A stretch of DNA of 64,000 nt, taken from positions 1 to 64,000 of the forward strand of contig CAWJGT010000024.1 of the NCBI GenBank assembly GCA_963842525.1, read 5' to 3'. The position numbers were made by a program, and so were the translations under genes. Under the pieces are notes generated by a model. That model had not been told where the DNA came from. It was given only the letters and a program-made list of their open reading frames with translations, and did no database searches. This document shows, piece by piece, positions 52,895 through 62,590 of this stretch (its first letter is position 1; each line of letters begins with the position of its first letter). This DNA comes from an uncultured Holophagales bacterium. Its GTDB lineage: Bacteria; Acidobacteriota; Thermoanaerobaculia; Multivoradales; UBA5704.

Positions 52895-54033
52895 GCCCGC
52901 AGCTCCGCGAGCCAGCTTTGGTAGACCGCCGCCAGCCGCGCCACGGCGTCCGTCCAGCGCAACGGCTGGACCCGGCGCCGGCCGGCCGCGGCCACGCTCC
53001 GGCGCAGGGGCTCGTCGAGCGCCAGCCGCCGCAGGGCCCGGTAAAGGGCCGGGGAGGCGGACCCGTCGAGGAGCACCGCCTCCTCCTCGTGGCGCAGCGC
53101 GGCGGCGAAGCCCACGGGCGAGGCGACCAGGGCGCAGCCGCAGGCCATGGCCTCGGCGGCGGCCAGCCCGAAGCTCTCGTAGACCGAGGGCAGGATGGCG
53201 ATCGAGAACCGCCGGTAGAGGGCGCGCAGGCCGTCGCGGCGGTCGGCGAAGGGGACCACCTCGATGCGCGGCAGGACATCGGCCGGGAACCATTCCGCGG
53301 GGTCGAACCGGTCCCCGACGCCCACCAGGATGAGCTTCCAGGCCGGCAGCTCGCGCAGCAGGAGCGGCAGGTCGCGGGCGATCAGGTCCACACCCTTGCG
53401 CGGGATCCAGGAGCCGCAATAGCCGATCACGGGCTCGCGGGCCAGGTCGTCGTCGAGTCCCAGGTATTCGTCCGGGAGCGGGTTGTCGAGAGCGAGGATC
53501 CGCTCGGGAGGGGCGTAGCCCTGGCGCAAGGCGTAGTCGCGGTCGAAGCCGGCCACGGTCACCAGGGCGTCGGCGCGCCGGAACCCGGCGGCGAAGAGAC
53601 GGGAGTGATCGAGGTGGTACCAGGCGTCCCCGCCGCCGGCAAGGCGGCCGTCCGCCCGTGCCGCGGCCAGGATCTCGGCGGAATGCGTCTCCAGACCGTT
53701 TGAATGCGAGACGACCAGGAATGGCCGTCCATGCCGCCCATGCCGGCGATACCGTCGGGTGAGCCGGGCGATGGCGAGCCAGGCCTCGCCGCCCCAGAGC
53801 TCCACCACGTCGTAGTCTTCTCCGTCCAGGCGCCGGGAGACGGCCAGGGCCATGCCCAGGGCCTGCCGGTAGCGGATCGCCCGCGAGAGCCGCGGCAGGA
53901 CCTCGTACTCGGGCGGACCGTAGAGGTCCACGCCGTGCCCCAGCGCGCGGAGACCCTGCGCATACCGCGAGGTCACGTATCCGGAGCCCAGGCTCTCGTC
54001 GAGGGGGCAGTTGCTGAGGCTCAGAATGCGCAC
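52885..54033 (-). CDS. Glycosyltransferase family 4
   Basis: GSWIPRKG, ESFGLAAAEAMACG. Confidence 0.88.
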   Translation of the reverse strand: MRILSLSNCPLDESLGSGYVTSRYAQGLRALGHGVDLYGPPEYEVLPRLSRAIRYRQALGMALAVSRRLDGEDYDVVELWGGEAWLAIARLTRRYRRHGRHGRPFLVVSHSNGLETHSAEILAAARADGRLAGGGDAWYHLDHSRLFAAGFRRADALVTVAGFDRDYALRQGYAPPERILALDNPLPDEYLGLDDDLAREPVIGYCGSWIPRKGVDLIARDLPLLLRELPAWKLILVGVGDRFDPAEWFPADVLPRIEVVPFADRRDGLRALYRRFSIAILPSVYESFGLAAAEAMACGCALVASPVGFAAALRHEEEAVLLDGSASPALYRALRRLALDEPLRRSVAAAGRRRVQPLRWTDAVARLAAVYQSWLAELRACG

Positions 54034-54046
54034 ATCCGTCCCGTCG

Positions 54047-55003
54047 TCAAAGCGACCCCAGGAGGGCGCGCAGGGGGAGCCGCCAGCGCGCCCGTCCGTG
54101 CTGGGCCGAGAAATAGGGAGCCAGGCGCCAGCCGCTGCGCACGGCCCGCCAGCGCCCCCGGCGCTCCAGCCCCCCGCGGTAGAAGGCGACGAGCTCGTCG
54201 AGGACGGCGCGGTCGGCGTCGTCCAGCAGGGCCAGGCCGCGGGCGTCCCCGAGGCGGGCCAGCTCCCCCTGGCAGAGGCTCCGCCAGCCGGCGCTGTAAC
54301 TGCGTCCGAAGACCGTCAGGAGGCCGGCGCGCCGGTGCCGGACCGGGTCCGGATAGGTCATGCTGGCCGGGTGGCGCCGGTAGGTCTGGAGCCGCTCGTC
54401 CAGGTAGCGGATGCCGCCCAGCTTCGCGGCCACCAGGGCGAGCCAGCCGTCGTGGAAAACCTGGTGCGGCGGAATGGGCAGGGCGTGGCGGACCAGATCG
54501 CGGCGGAACATCAGCGTATGGCTCACCACCCAGTTCTCGGCCAGCAGGTGGCGCGCAGGCCGGCCGCTGCCGCGGGTGCGGGCGAAATCCACGACATTGG
54601 CGAACGAGCCGTCGATTCCCACCGCGCCCTGCTCGTCCACGTACTCCTGACCGTTGCAGTAGATCAGGGTGTGATCGCCGATCCCGCCGGCCAGCCGCTC
54701 GATCTTCTCCGGCTTCCAGAGGTCGTCCTGATCGCAGAGGGCGATGAGCTCTCCCCGGCACAATGCAATGACGCGCTCGAAATTCCTCACCAGCCCCAGG
54801 TTGCGCGGGTTGACCTCGTAGCGCAGGCCGTGGCGGCGGGCGGCATCCGCCAGGATCTCCCGCGTGCCGTCCGTGGAGGCGTCGTCGCTCGCCACCACCT
54901 CCAGATTCTTCCAGGTCTGCGCATAGAGGGTGTCGAGCTGCTGGCGCAGGTAGCGCTCTCCGTTGCAGGTGGCGAGGGCGACCGAGACGAGAGGCTGGCT
55001 CAA
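54047..55003 (-). CDS. Glycosyltransferase family 2 (rhamnosyltransferase-like)
   Basis: ATCNGERYL, DDASTDGT, CDQDDLW, HDGW, YRRH. Confidence 0.88.
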   Translation of the reverse strand: MSQPLVSVALATCNGERYLRQQLDTLYAQTWKNLEVVASDDASTDGTREILADAARRHGLRYEVNPRNLGLVRNFERVIALCRGELIALCDQDDLWKPEKIERLAGGIGDHTLIYCNGQEYVDEQGAVGIDGSFANVVDFARTRGSGRPARHLLAENWVVSHTLMFRRDLVRHALPIPPHQVFHDGWLALVAAKLGGIRYLDERLQTYRRHPASMTYPDPVRHRRAGLLTVFGRSYSAGWRSLCQGELARLGDARGLALLDDADRAVLDELVAFYRGGLERRGRWRAVRSGWRLAPYFSAQHGRARWRLPLRALLGSL

Positions 55004-55671
55004 GGCTTGCGCGCGCAGGTGCGGAACTGGAAGACGAAGAGGTCGTGCAGCCGGCGGAAGGTCAGGAGGTCGAGGGCCTTGTGCCGCAGGCCGTAGGCCC
55101 CCATGTTCTCCTCCATGGCCTCGACGACCAGGCCGGCCTGCTCGAAGAGCTCGCGGACGTTCTTGCGGCAGAAGAAGCGCAGGTGCGAGCGGTCGAGGAG
55201 CCCGGCCGGCTGGTAGCGGAAGTCACCCTGGAGGACGATGGTCCGCAGTGCCCGGTGGTTGCGCACATTGGGGATGCTGCTGAGCAGGAGCCCCCCGGGC
55301 TTCAGGAGGCCCGCCAGCAGCGAGACCACCCGCCAGGGGTCGACCAGATGCTCCAGCACGTCCGCGCAAAGGACGGCGTCGAAGCCGCGCGGGAGGGAGG
55401 CCGCGTCCAGGCTCTCGATGTTCCCGCGCAGGAAGAGGTCGACGTCCGGCGGTTCCCCGGCCGCGGCGGAGGGGGCCACGATGTCGATGCCCGCCACGTA
55501 ATCGGCGAGGCGAAGGGCCTTGGCGGCGCGCAGGGTGGCGCCGTCCCCGGCGCCGAGCTCCAGGAGGCGCAGGCCGCCGCCGCGGGGCAGCATGTCCAGG
55601 AGGTCGGTCCGCGCGGCAGTGAAATACCCGCGGTCCTTGCCTTCGTAGAGCCGGGCCGTGGCGTCGGTCAT
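55000..55671 (-). CDS. Class I SAM-dependent methyltransferase
   Basis: LLELGAGDG, DVLEHLVDP, LKPGG, GLLDRSHLRFF. Confidence 0.88.
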   Translation of the reverse strand: MTDATARLYEGKDRGYFTAARTDLLDMLPRGGGLRLLELGAGDGATLRAAKALRLADYVAGIDIVAPSAAAGEPPDVDLFLRGNIESLDAASLPRGFDAVLCADVLEHLVDPWRVVSLLAGLLKPGGLLLSSIPNVRNHRALRTIVLQGDFRYQPAGLLDRSHLRFFCRKNVRELFEQAGLVVEAMEENMGAYGLRHKALDLLTFRRLHDLFVFQFRTCARKP

Positions 55672-56870
55672 GGCGGCGCTATTTTCTGCCAGCCTTCGCG
55701 ATAGACGTCCAGGGTCCGGCGCGCGATGTCCGGCCAGGAGTGGAGGGCCGCCACCCGCAGGCTGTCCTCCGAGAGCGCGGCCCAGCGCTCGGGGGGCAGG
55801 GTCAGGATCTCGGCGACCCGGGCGGCGAAGGCCTCGGTGTCCCCGACCGGCACCATGGTGGAGATGGACTGGTGGCGCAGCGTGTCCCGCGGGCCGGGGG
55901 CGTCGTAGGCCACCGTGGGAAGGCCGGCGGCGACCTTCTCCAGCACCGAGAAGCCGAACCCCTCCAGGTAGCCGGGAAAGGCGCCCAGCGTCGCCCGGGA
56001 GAGCAGGCCCGGCAGCTCGTCGCTGTCGAAGGAAGGAACCACCTCCAGGGCGGCCTGGTCTTCCGGCGGGAAGCTCCGCAGCACGAGGTCGCGCCCGAGG
56101 CCGGTGCCGAGGAAGGCGAAGCGCGCCTGCGGAACCCTCTGCCGCACGCTCCGCACGATGCGCGGCCAGTCGCGGGCGCCCTTGCGCGGGTTCCAGGTCC
56201 CCACGAAGGCCACCGTCCGGCTGGCCAGCCGCTCGGCGACGCCGGCCCGGGCGCGCAGGAAGTCGGACCGCCGCGCCGCCGAGAGGCCGAAGGGGAACAT
56301 CACCGTCTTGCCGCCGTGCCCCATGGCGGCCACGGCGGCGAGATCGTCGCGGTTCGAGACGTTGATCAGGTCGGCGTGGCGGAAGCTGCGCTCCGCGTCG
56401 CGCAGCCGGCGGCGGTGCCCCGGCAGGGTCAACAGCCGGTGGACCCCGCGCCGCAGGCTCGGCGGCTCGGGCCAGCTCCGGGCGGCCTGGCGGTCGAACT
56501 CCTCGTAGGCGGGGATCAGGCCCACGGACCGGGCCACCAGCAGCCCCGGGAAGCCGAGCCGGCTCTTGGGGAACGGCAGGTCGGTCTGGTTGGCGTCGAT
56601 GACGTCGAAGCGCCGGCCGTGGGCGCGCACGAAGGCGGCGGCCCGGGCGGCGAAGCTGAGGTTGGTGCGCAGCATCCCTTCGATCCGGCCGGCCTTGCCC
56701 GGGAGAAAGGGAGCCGTCCGCGGGAAGGCGTCCTCGAAGCTGAATTTCTCCACCTGGCAGCCGAGCTCGCGCAGCTCGTCGGACAGCTCGATCTGGGCCC
56801 GCGGCCCTCCCAGGTTGCGCGTCCAGGGGGTGTGGATGACCATCAGCAGGCGCAGTCCCGGAAGGCTCAC
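55668..56870 (-). CDS. Glycosyltransferase family 4
   Basis: GTWNPRKG, EGFGFSVLEKVAAGLP. Confidence 0.85.
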   Translation of the reverse strand: MSLPGLRLLMVIHTPWTRNLGGPRAQIELSDELRELGCQVEKFSFEDAFPRTAPFLPGKAGRIEGMLRTNLSFAARAAAFVRAHGRRFDVIDANQTDLPFPKSRLGFPGLLVARSVGLIPAYEEFDRQAARSWPEPPSLRRGVHRLLTLPGHRRRLRDAERSFRHADLINVSNRDDLAAVAAMGHGGKTVMFPFGLSAARRSDFLRARAGVAERLASRTVAFVGTWNPRKGARDWPRIVRSVRQRVPQARFAFLGTGLGRDLVLRSFPPEDQAALEVVPSFDSDELPGLLSRATLGAFPGYLEGFGFSVLEKVAAGLPTVAYDAPGPRDTLRHQSISTMVPVGDTEAFAARVAEILTLPPERWAALSEDSLRVAALHSWPDIARRTLDVYREGWQKIAPP

Positions 56871-57763
56871 CGCTCCGCCCCGGGTCCCAGGCCCAGGCGC
56901 AGGGCCAGGGCGTCCCGCCAGAAGAGGTGCCGCACCTGGCCCACGTAGTGTCGCGCCGCCCAGGTCCGGCCCTTGAAGGAGGGCGCCAGGGAGAACCGGT
57001 CCGTCTCGTCCAGGGCGATCTCGCCGGCGGGCCAGGTCCGCGCCCCGAGCTGACGGTCCGCCTCGGCCAGGATCGTCTGCTCGGTCACGCCGATCCCCCT
57101 CTCGGCCGCATAGTCGAGCAACGGCCCCACGTCGCAGGCGTCCAGAAAGCGCCCGGCGGCGAAGAGGAAGCCGGCGCAGAAGAAGGGCGGGCTGGCCAGG
57201 CCGGGCAGGGTGCCCGGCACCAGCTCGGGGTCGTAGGAGGGCTGGTAGTCCGGCGACATGACGAGGCGGGGACTGCTCTCCGCCAGCAGGCCCTCCAGAG
57301 TGGGTGGGACGCGGAACCAGAGGAGGTCGACATCGCAATAGAGCGTCGGCCCTTCCGCCGCGCTGGTGACGACCGCCGCCATCTTGCGGCCCATGGCGTC
57401 GCGTTGCGCAAACCGCGCCAGGGAGCCCTGCCCGTCGAGACCTGCCAGGACATGGTCCCACGGCAGCAGCTCCCACGGGCCGGGCCACCAGCCCAGCGCC
57501 GCGCGGGCCTGCTGGAGATCGACAGTGCCGTCCGAGACGACCCGCAGGCGAGGCAGGCGCGGCCAGGACCGGCAGAGGGACAGCAGGGATTCCCGGAGCA
57601 TCTCGAGGTGGCGCTGGCCGCTGAGCGTCAGGTAGGTCAGCTCCATCATCTCCGGGGCGGGCCGGACCCGCGGCTTCGGCAGCGGCAGGGCCAGGGCGGT
57701 CCGCCGGTAGAGGGCCGACGAGCGGTAGGCCGCAGAGCGCAGCAGGCGCCGCGCCACGGTCAT
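56867..57763 (-). CDS. Putative GT-A fold glycosyltransferase
   Basis: DxD motif LYCDVDLLWF, CAGF, TEQT, HYVG; coupled start and stop. Confidence 0.6.
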   Translation of the reverse strand: MTVARRLLRSAAYRSSALYRRTALALPLPKPRVRPAPEMMELTYLTLSGQRHLEMLRESLLSLCRSWPRLPRLRVVSDGTVDLQQARAALGWWPGPWELLPWDHVLAGLDGQGSLARFAQRDAMGRKMAAVVTSAAEGPTLYCDVDLLWFRVPPTLEGLLAESSPRLVMSPDYQPSYDPELVPGTLPGLASPPFFCAGFLFAAGRFLDACDVGPLLDYAAERGIGVTEQTILAEADRQLGARTWPAGEIALDETDRFSLAPSFKGRTWAARHYVGQVRHLFWRDALALRLGLGPGAER

Positions 57764-58734
57764 GCCAGGAGCCTCCGGTAGGCGTCCATCGTCTCCCGCA
57801 GCCCGGTCTCCAGATCGATCCGCGGCGTCCAGCCGAGGCGCCGCTCGATGCGGCCGGTGTCGCAGAGAAAGTCGCCGGTCTCCACCTTGCGGAAGCCCTC
57901 CGGCCAGGGAACGTCCTCGATGCGGCCGGAGCCGGCCACGGCCACGATCCGCTCGGCCATCTCGCGCAGGCTCACGGAGGCGCCATAGCCCACGTTCAGG
58001 GTCTCGCCGACCGCCCGCTCGTCGGCGCCGGCGCGCAGCAGGGCGGCGGCCACGTCCGCGGCGTGCACGTAGTCCCGGAGCTGGGGGCCGCCGCCGTAGA
58101 GGCGGATGGGCTCGTCGCGGAGTGCGGCCATGACGAAGCGGTTGACAATGCCGTATTCGGTGCGGCGCGGGAGCTGGAACGGCCCGTAGGGGTTGGTCAG
58201 GCGCAGGATCGTATAGGGGATGCCGTGGTGCTCCCAGTACAGGCGGTGATAGTGCTCCACGGTGAGCTTGTGCAGGCCGTAGAGGCTGGTCGGCCGCGGC
58301 GGGTGGTCCTCGCCGACCGGCGCCGGGCCGGTGACGCCGTAGACCAGACGGCTCGAGGCGAAGACCACGCGGGGAGGGTCCGGCATCCCGCGCAGGCAGT
58401 CCAGGAGGTTGAGATGGCCGGCGATGTTCCCTTCCATGTCGGTCCGCGCCTCCCGCAGGCTCTTGACCGCCCCCGACTCCCCAGCGAGGTTGATCACCAC
58501 GTCCAGCCCCTCCAGCCATCCCGGCATTCCCTGGGGATCGGCGATGTCGCCCTGCACGACGTCCAGCCGCCGGCCGCTTGCGACGCGGTCGAGCCAGCGC
58601 AGGGCGAGGGGGTCGAGCGACCGGTTGAGGATGCTGACCTCCGCGCCGGCCTCCAGCAGCGGCCCCACCAGGTTGAGGCCGAGGAAGCCGAGCCCCCCGG
58701 TGATGAGCACCCGCCGTCCCCACAGGTCGTCCAT
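57760..58734 (-). CDS. NAD-dependent epimerase/dehydratase
   Basis: TGGLGFLG, YGLHK, NPYGP, QLRDYVH. Confidence 0.9.
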   Translation of the reverse strand: MDDLWGRRVLITGGLGFLGLNLVGPLLEAGAEVSILNRSLDPLALRWLDRVASGRRLDVVQGDIADPQGMPGWLEGLDVVINLAGESGAVKSLREARTDMEGNIAGHLNLLDCLRGMPDPPRVVFASSRLVYGVTGPAPVGEDHPPRPTSLYGLHKLTVEHYHRLYWEHHGIPYTILRLTNPYGPFQLPRRTEYGIVNRFVMAALRDEPIRLYGGGPQLRDYVHAADVAAALLRAGADERAVGETLNVGYGASVSLREMAERIVAVAGSGRIEDVPWPEGFRKVETGDFLCDTGRIERRLGWTPRIDLETGLRETMDAYRRLLA

Positions 58735-58750
58735 GCCTTCTCTCGTCGCC

Positions 58751-59542
58751 TCAGGGCATCCAGGCCCGGGCCTGGTGCAGAAGCCTGCGGAGCCGCAGGG
58801 TGAGCCGGTCCAGCAGGAAGAGGTTGAGGCGGGCGCCCGGGCCGAGGGGGTTGCGCCGCCGGTTGATGAACAGGGTATCGCCGTGGTGGCCCGACGGCCG
58901 CGACATCACGACGCAGGTGAAGCCCATCCGCCGCAGCCGCCGCTTCAGCGCGGGGATGCGGCCGGCGTCGAAGCCCTCCAGGAAGTCGTGCAGCTCGACG
59001 GTGATCTGCCCGATCCGCCGCAGGGTCTCGTCGGAGGTCGCCGCGAGGACCGCGATCTCGGCCCCTTCGATGTCCAGCTTGAGGAGGTCGGCGCTGTCGA
59101 GGCCCGCCTCGCGCAGGAAGCCCTCCAGCGTGGAGAGCCGCGCCGCCAGGGTCCCCTGGCTGCCGGAGGCGCGGGCGAGCGGCTCGTAGAGGCTGTGGGC
59201 CTGGGGGTTGCCCGAGAGGTGGAGGACCGCCTCGCCATCGGCGCCTCCCAGGGCGAGGGGGAAACGCCGCAGGTGCGGGCCCTCGGCGATCTGGTCCAGC
59301 AGCGCGGGGACCGGCTCCAGCGCGTAGCAGCGGCAGCCGAAGCGGTCTGCCAGCTCGCGGGAGAAGGCGCCGGTGTGGGCTCCGGCGTCGATCGCCACCG
59401 CGGCCTTGGCCAGGCCCGGCGCGAACACGTGGTGCCCGTGGACGGCGACGAGCCCGGCGGCCCGGCTCTGCAGGCGCGCGCCGGCGTCGGCGAGCCGCCC
59501 GGGCAGCGACCTCACGCGGGCGAGGAGCGAGCGCTCAGGCAT
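58751..59542 (-). CDS. FkbM-family methyltransferase
   Basis: IDAGAHTG, LLKLDIEGAE, VELHDF. Confidence 0.88.
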   Translation of the reverse strand: MPERSLLARVRSLPGRLADAGARLQSRAAGLVAVHGHHVFAPGLAKAAVAIDAGAHTGAFSRELADRFGCRCYALEPVPALLDQIAEGPHLRRFPLALGGADGEAVLHLSGNPQAHSLYEPLARASGSQGTLAARLSTLEGFLREAGLDSADLLKLDIEGAEIAVLAATSDETLRRIGQITVELHDFLEGFDAGRIPALKRRLRRMGFTCVVMSRPSGHHGDTLFINRRRNPLGPGARLNLFLLDRLTLRLRRLLHQARAWMP

Positions 59543-60839
59543 GGCGCCAGCGGACCCAGGACGGGCGGCGGAATCCGAGCTCCAGCAGCACCACCTGGAG
59601 GGCCAGCGCGGTGACCGCGCTCAGCAGGGTGAACCGCAGGACTCCGGACGTGGTGGACAGGGGCACGATCTGGACGAAGACGACCTGGGCGGCGAGCTCC
59701 AGGACCACTGTGACGGTCTGGAAGCGGGTCCAGCCGCGGGCGAAGTTGACGCTCATGACATAGCTGCCCAGGAGGGCCACCCCGGACCCGGCGACGATCA
59801 GCAGCAGCTCCCGGTGGAGGCCCTTGTAGTTGGGGCCGAGGAGCATCAGGAAGAGCTGCGGCAGCAGGGCGGCGGCGGCGAGCAGGGCGAGCGCGGCCAG
59901 GGCGAGCAGCAGGCCGTACTGCAGGCAGCGGCGCCGGTACCGCGCGTCCTCGGTAATCGCGGCCAGGCGCGGCAGGAGGACCGCGCCGATCAACCCGGAG
60001 AGGAGCCCCACGATCAGCCCCAGCCGGCTGAGGGCTCCCACCTCCGCCACGTTGCGCGCCTCGCCGAACGTGGCGGCGAGCCAGACCACCAGCGGGCCCT
60101 GGATGGAAAAGAAGAGCGCGCCGGGCAGCGTCGGCAGGAGATAGCGGACGACGCGCAGCCGGAACGGCTTCAGATCAGGGCTGGTCGCCGGGGGATGGGC
60201 GAGCTCGGAATCGGCGAGCCGCGACACGAGCAGGGAGCCGGCCGCGGAGACCAGGACGGCCAGCCAGGCCTGAAGCAGGGCGGCGGCCACCAGGGCCGTG
60301 GCCAGGACGAGCCGCAGGGCGGCGCCCAGGAGCTCGGCCCGGTAGGACGGGTTGTAGCGGCCATGGAGCCGCAGGGCCAGCAGGTGCAGCGACGAGGCGA
60401 TCTGGAACCAGACGCCCAGGAGGATGCCGGCCAGGGCCGCCAGCGACTCGACGGTGCCGAACCCCTTGGCCGAGGCCATGAGGGGGAATGCCACCAGGAC
60501 GGCCAGGGCGCCGGCGGCGAAGACCCCGCGCCGCAGGGAGAGCACGGCGCGGAAGTAGTCGCCGAAGGGCTCCCCCGTGCTCTTCGTCTCGCGGAAGAAG
60601 TGGAGGAGCGACGCCGTGCTCCCCAGGTCGGTGGCGAAGGAGAAGAAGTTGAGGATCGAGGTGGCCAGGGTGTAGAAGGCGAACTCGCGCACCGGCAGGA
60701 AGTTGATGAAGAGCAGGCCGGTGGCGATCCCGAGGAGCTGGGTCAACGTCTGGGCGGTGAAATACGCCGACAGGATCCCTACCCATTCCCGTGCTTTCGC
60801 CGCCAGCGGCGGCAGCGCCGCCTCGCCTCGCAGGCTCAA
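59535..60839 (-). CDS. Wzx-like polysaccharide flippase
   Basis: About 12 TMs; AQTLTQLLG..EFAFYTL..DLG; LLGPNY. Confidence 0.72.
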   Translation of the reverse strand: MSLRGEAALPPLAAKAREWVGILSAYFTAQTLTQLLGIATGLLFINFLPVREFAFYTLATSILNFFSFATDLGSTASLLHFFRETKSTGEPFGDYFRAVLSLRRGVFAAGALAVLVAFPLMASAKGFGTVESLAALAGILLGVWFQIASSLHLLALRLHGRYNPSYRAELLGAALRLVLATALVAAALLQAWLAVLVSAAGSLLVSRLADSELAHPPATSPDLKPFRLRVVRYLLPTLPGALFFSIQGPLVVWLAATFGEARNVAEVGALSRLGLIVGLLSGLIGAVLLPRLAAITEDARYRRRCLQYGLLLALAALALLAAAALLPQLFLMLLGPNYKGLHRELLLIVAGSGVALLGSYVMSVNFARGWTRFQTVTVVLELAAQVVFVQIVPLSTTSGVLRFTLLSAVTALALQVVLLELGFRRPSWVRWRHA

Positions 60840-62590
60840 ATCCCCATCTCCGCCAGGACCCGCAGCGCCAGCCGCCGCGACTGGTCCCCCAGGCTCCTCC
60901 GGCCGCCGCGACCCGGCTCCAGCCACTCCAGGACCGGGATGTAGAACCCGGTCTTCGGCCGCTCCCAGAGGGCCGCCGGCAGCTCGGGAGCGGCCTGCCG
61001 GACGAGCGCCGCCTTGCCCCGGCTCCGTGCCGGCTCGAAGCTGTGCGCCGCGAGCTGTGCCCGCAGCACGGGGTCCACCAGCGGCACCCGCAGCTCCACG
61101 GAATGGGCCATCGAGGCCCAGTCCGAGTCGCGCAGGAGCTGGTTGCGCATGTACAGCGCCGTCTCCATCCGGTGGACGGCGAGCCATGGGTCGGTTGCGC
61201 CGGCGTGAGCGGCGTCCGCCGCCACCACCGGGTCGTACGCCCGCAGCCCCTCCTCGGCCCGGTCGCGGCCCAGGATCCCGGGCAGCTCCTCGGGGAGGAA
61301 CAGGCCCCGGCGGAGAAAATAGGCTCCAGCGAGCGTTCGGCCATGGCGGAGAAGCCCGCGGAGCTTGGGGCGCCCGGCGGCGAGCCGGCTGGCGAGCGGC
61401 CAGAGGGCGGGCACGACCGGCGTCCGTGCCATCCGGTCCGCCTTCGCCACGATCTCCGGGACGTCCCGGAACGAGGGATAGCTGCCGAAGAGCTCGTCGC
61501 CGCCCAGGCCGGAGAGGACCACCTTGAGCCCAGCCTCGTGCGCCGCCCGGCTCACCACGTAGGTGTTGAGGCCGTCGATGCTCGGCTGGTCCATGGCCGC
61601 GATCGCGGCGGGCCAGAGGCCGGCGAAATCCGCCCGGCCCACCCGGCGCTCGACGTGGCGGGTGCCCAGGGCTCGCGCGACCTCCGCGGCGAGCGGGCCC
61701 TCGTCCTGCGGCGTACCGTCGAGGACGTCGAAGCGTAGCGTGAAGGTAGCCGGCGGCTCGGGCAGGTGGCGGCGGGCCAGGGCCGCGATCAGGCCCGAGT
61801 CCAGACCGGCGGAGAGGAAGATCGCCACCGGCACGTCCGAAACCAGGTGGGCGCGCACCGCGTCCTCCACCGCCGCCGCGGGCGGGAGAGGCTCCTTCGG
61901 TACGTCCTCGCCGAACCGGTACCAGGCCTGCGGCTCGCCCACCCGGTTGCCCTCGACCGTGAGGAAGCTCCCGGCCGGCAGGGAGCGGACCGCGCGCCGG
62001 ATCGTGAGCGGCTCGGGGACCGAGCCCCAGAGCAGGAACCCGCAGAGCCCGGCCGGGTCGACATCCAGGGAGACCCCGCCGCCCTGCTCCAGGGCTTTCA
62101 CCTGCGAGGCGAAGCGGAGGAATCCTCCCCCGGCCGAGTAATAGAGTGGCTTGATCCCCAGGGCATCGCGCGCCAGGAGGAGGCGCCGCTCTTCGTCGTC
62201 CCAGATCGCCAGGGCGAACATGCCGCGAAGCCTGGGCAGCATCGCCTCGCGTTCGAGGAGGTAGAGATAGAGGAGGACCTCGGTGTCGCTCTTCGAATGG
62301 AAGCGGACGCCCTTGACGGCCAGCTCCTGCCGCAGCTCGCGGAAGTTGTAGATCTCGCCATTCAAAACGATGACGAACCGGCCTTCCGGGGTCGTCATCG
62401 GCTGGTGACCGGCCTCGGAGAGGTCGAGGATGGCGAGGCGCCGGCTGGCGAGCGACGCGTGCTCCGAGATCCAGGCCCCGGCGTCGTCCGGACCGCGCGC
62501 GGTCATGGCCTCGCGCGTACGGATCACCTCGTCGCGGTCGATCGGCGGAGCGTCGGGCCCCAGGCGGACGATGCCGTTAATTCCGCACAT
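60836..62590 (-). CDS. asnB: Asparagine synthase-like glutamine amidotransferase
   Basis: MCGING, RGPDD, RRLAILDL, NGEIYN, LSAGLDS, SGLGGDELF. Confidence 0.92.
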   Translation of the reverse strand: MCGINGIVRLGPDAPPIDRDEVIRTREAMTARGPDDAGAWISEHASLASRRLAILDLSEAGHQPMTTPEGRFVIVLNGEIYNFRELRQELAVKGVRFHSKSDTEVLLYLYLLEREAMLPRLRGMFALAIWDDEERRLLLARDALGIKPLYYSAGGGFLRFASQVKALEQGGGVSLDVDPAGLCGFLLWGSVPEPLTIRRAVRSLPAGSFLTVEGNRVGEPQAWYRFGEDVPKEPLPPAAAVEDAVRAHLVSDVPVAIFLSAGLDSGLIAALARRHLPEPPATFTLRFDVLDGTPQDEGPLAAEVARALGTRHVERRVGRADFAGLWPAAIAAMDQPSIDGLNTYVVSRAAHEAGLKVVLSGLGGDELFGSYPSFRDVPEIVAKADRMARTPVVPALWPLASRLAAGRPKLRGLLRHGRTLAGAYFLRRGLFLPEELPGILGRDRAEEGLRAYDPVVAADAAHAGATDPWLAVHRMETALYMRNQLLRDSDWASMAHSVELRVPLVDPVLRAQLAAHSFEPARSRGKAALVRQAAPELPAALWERPKTGFYIPVLEWLEPGRGGRRSLGDQSRRLALRVLAEMGI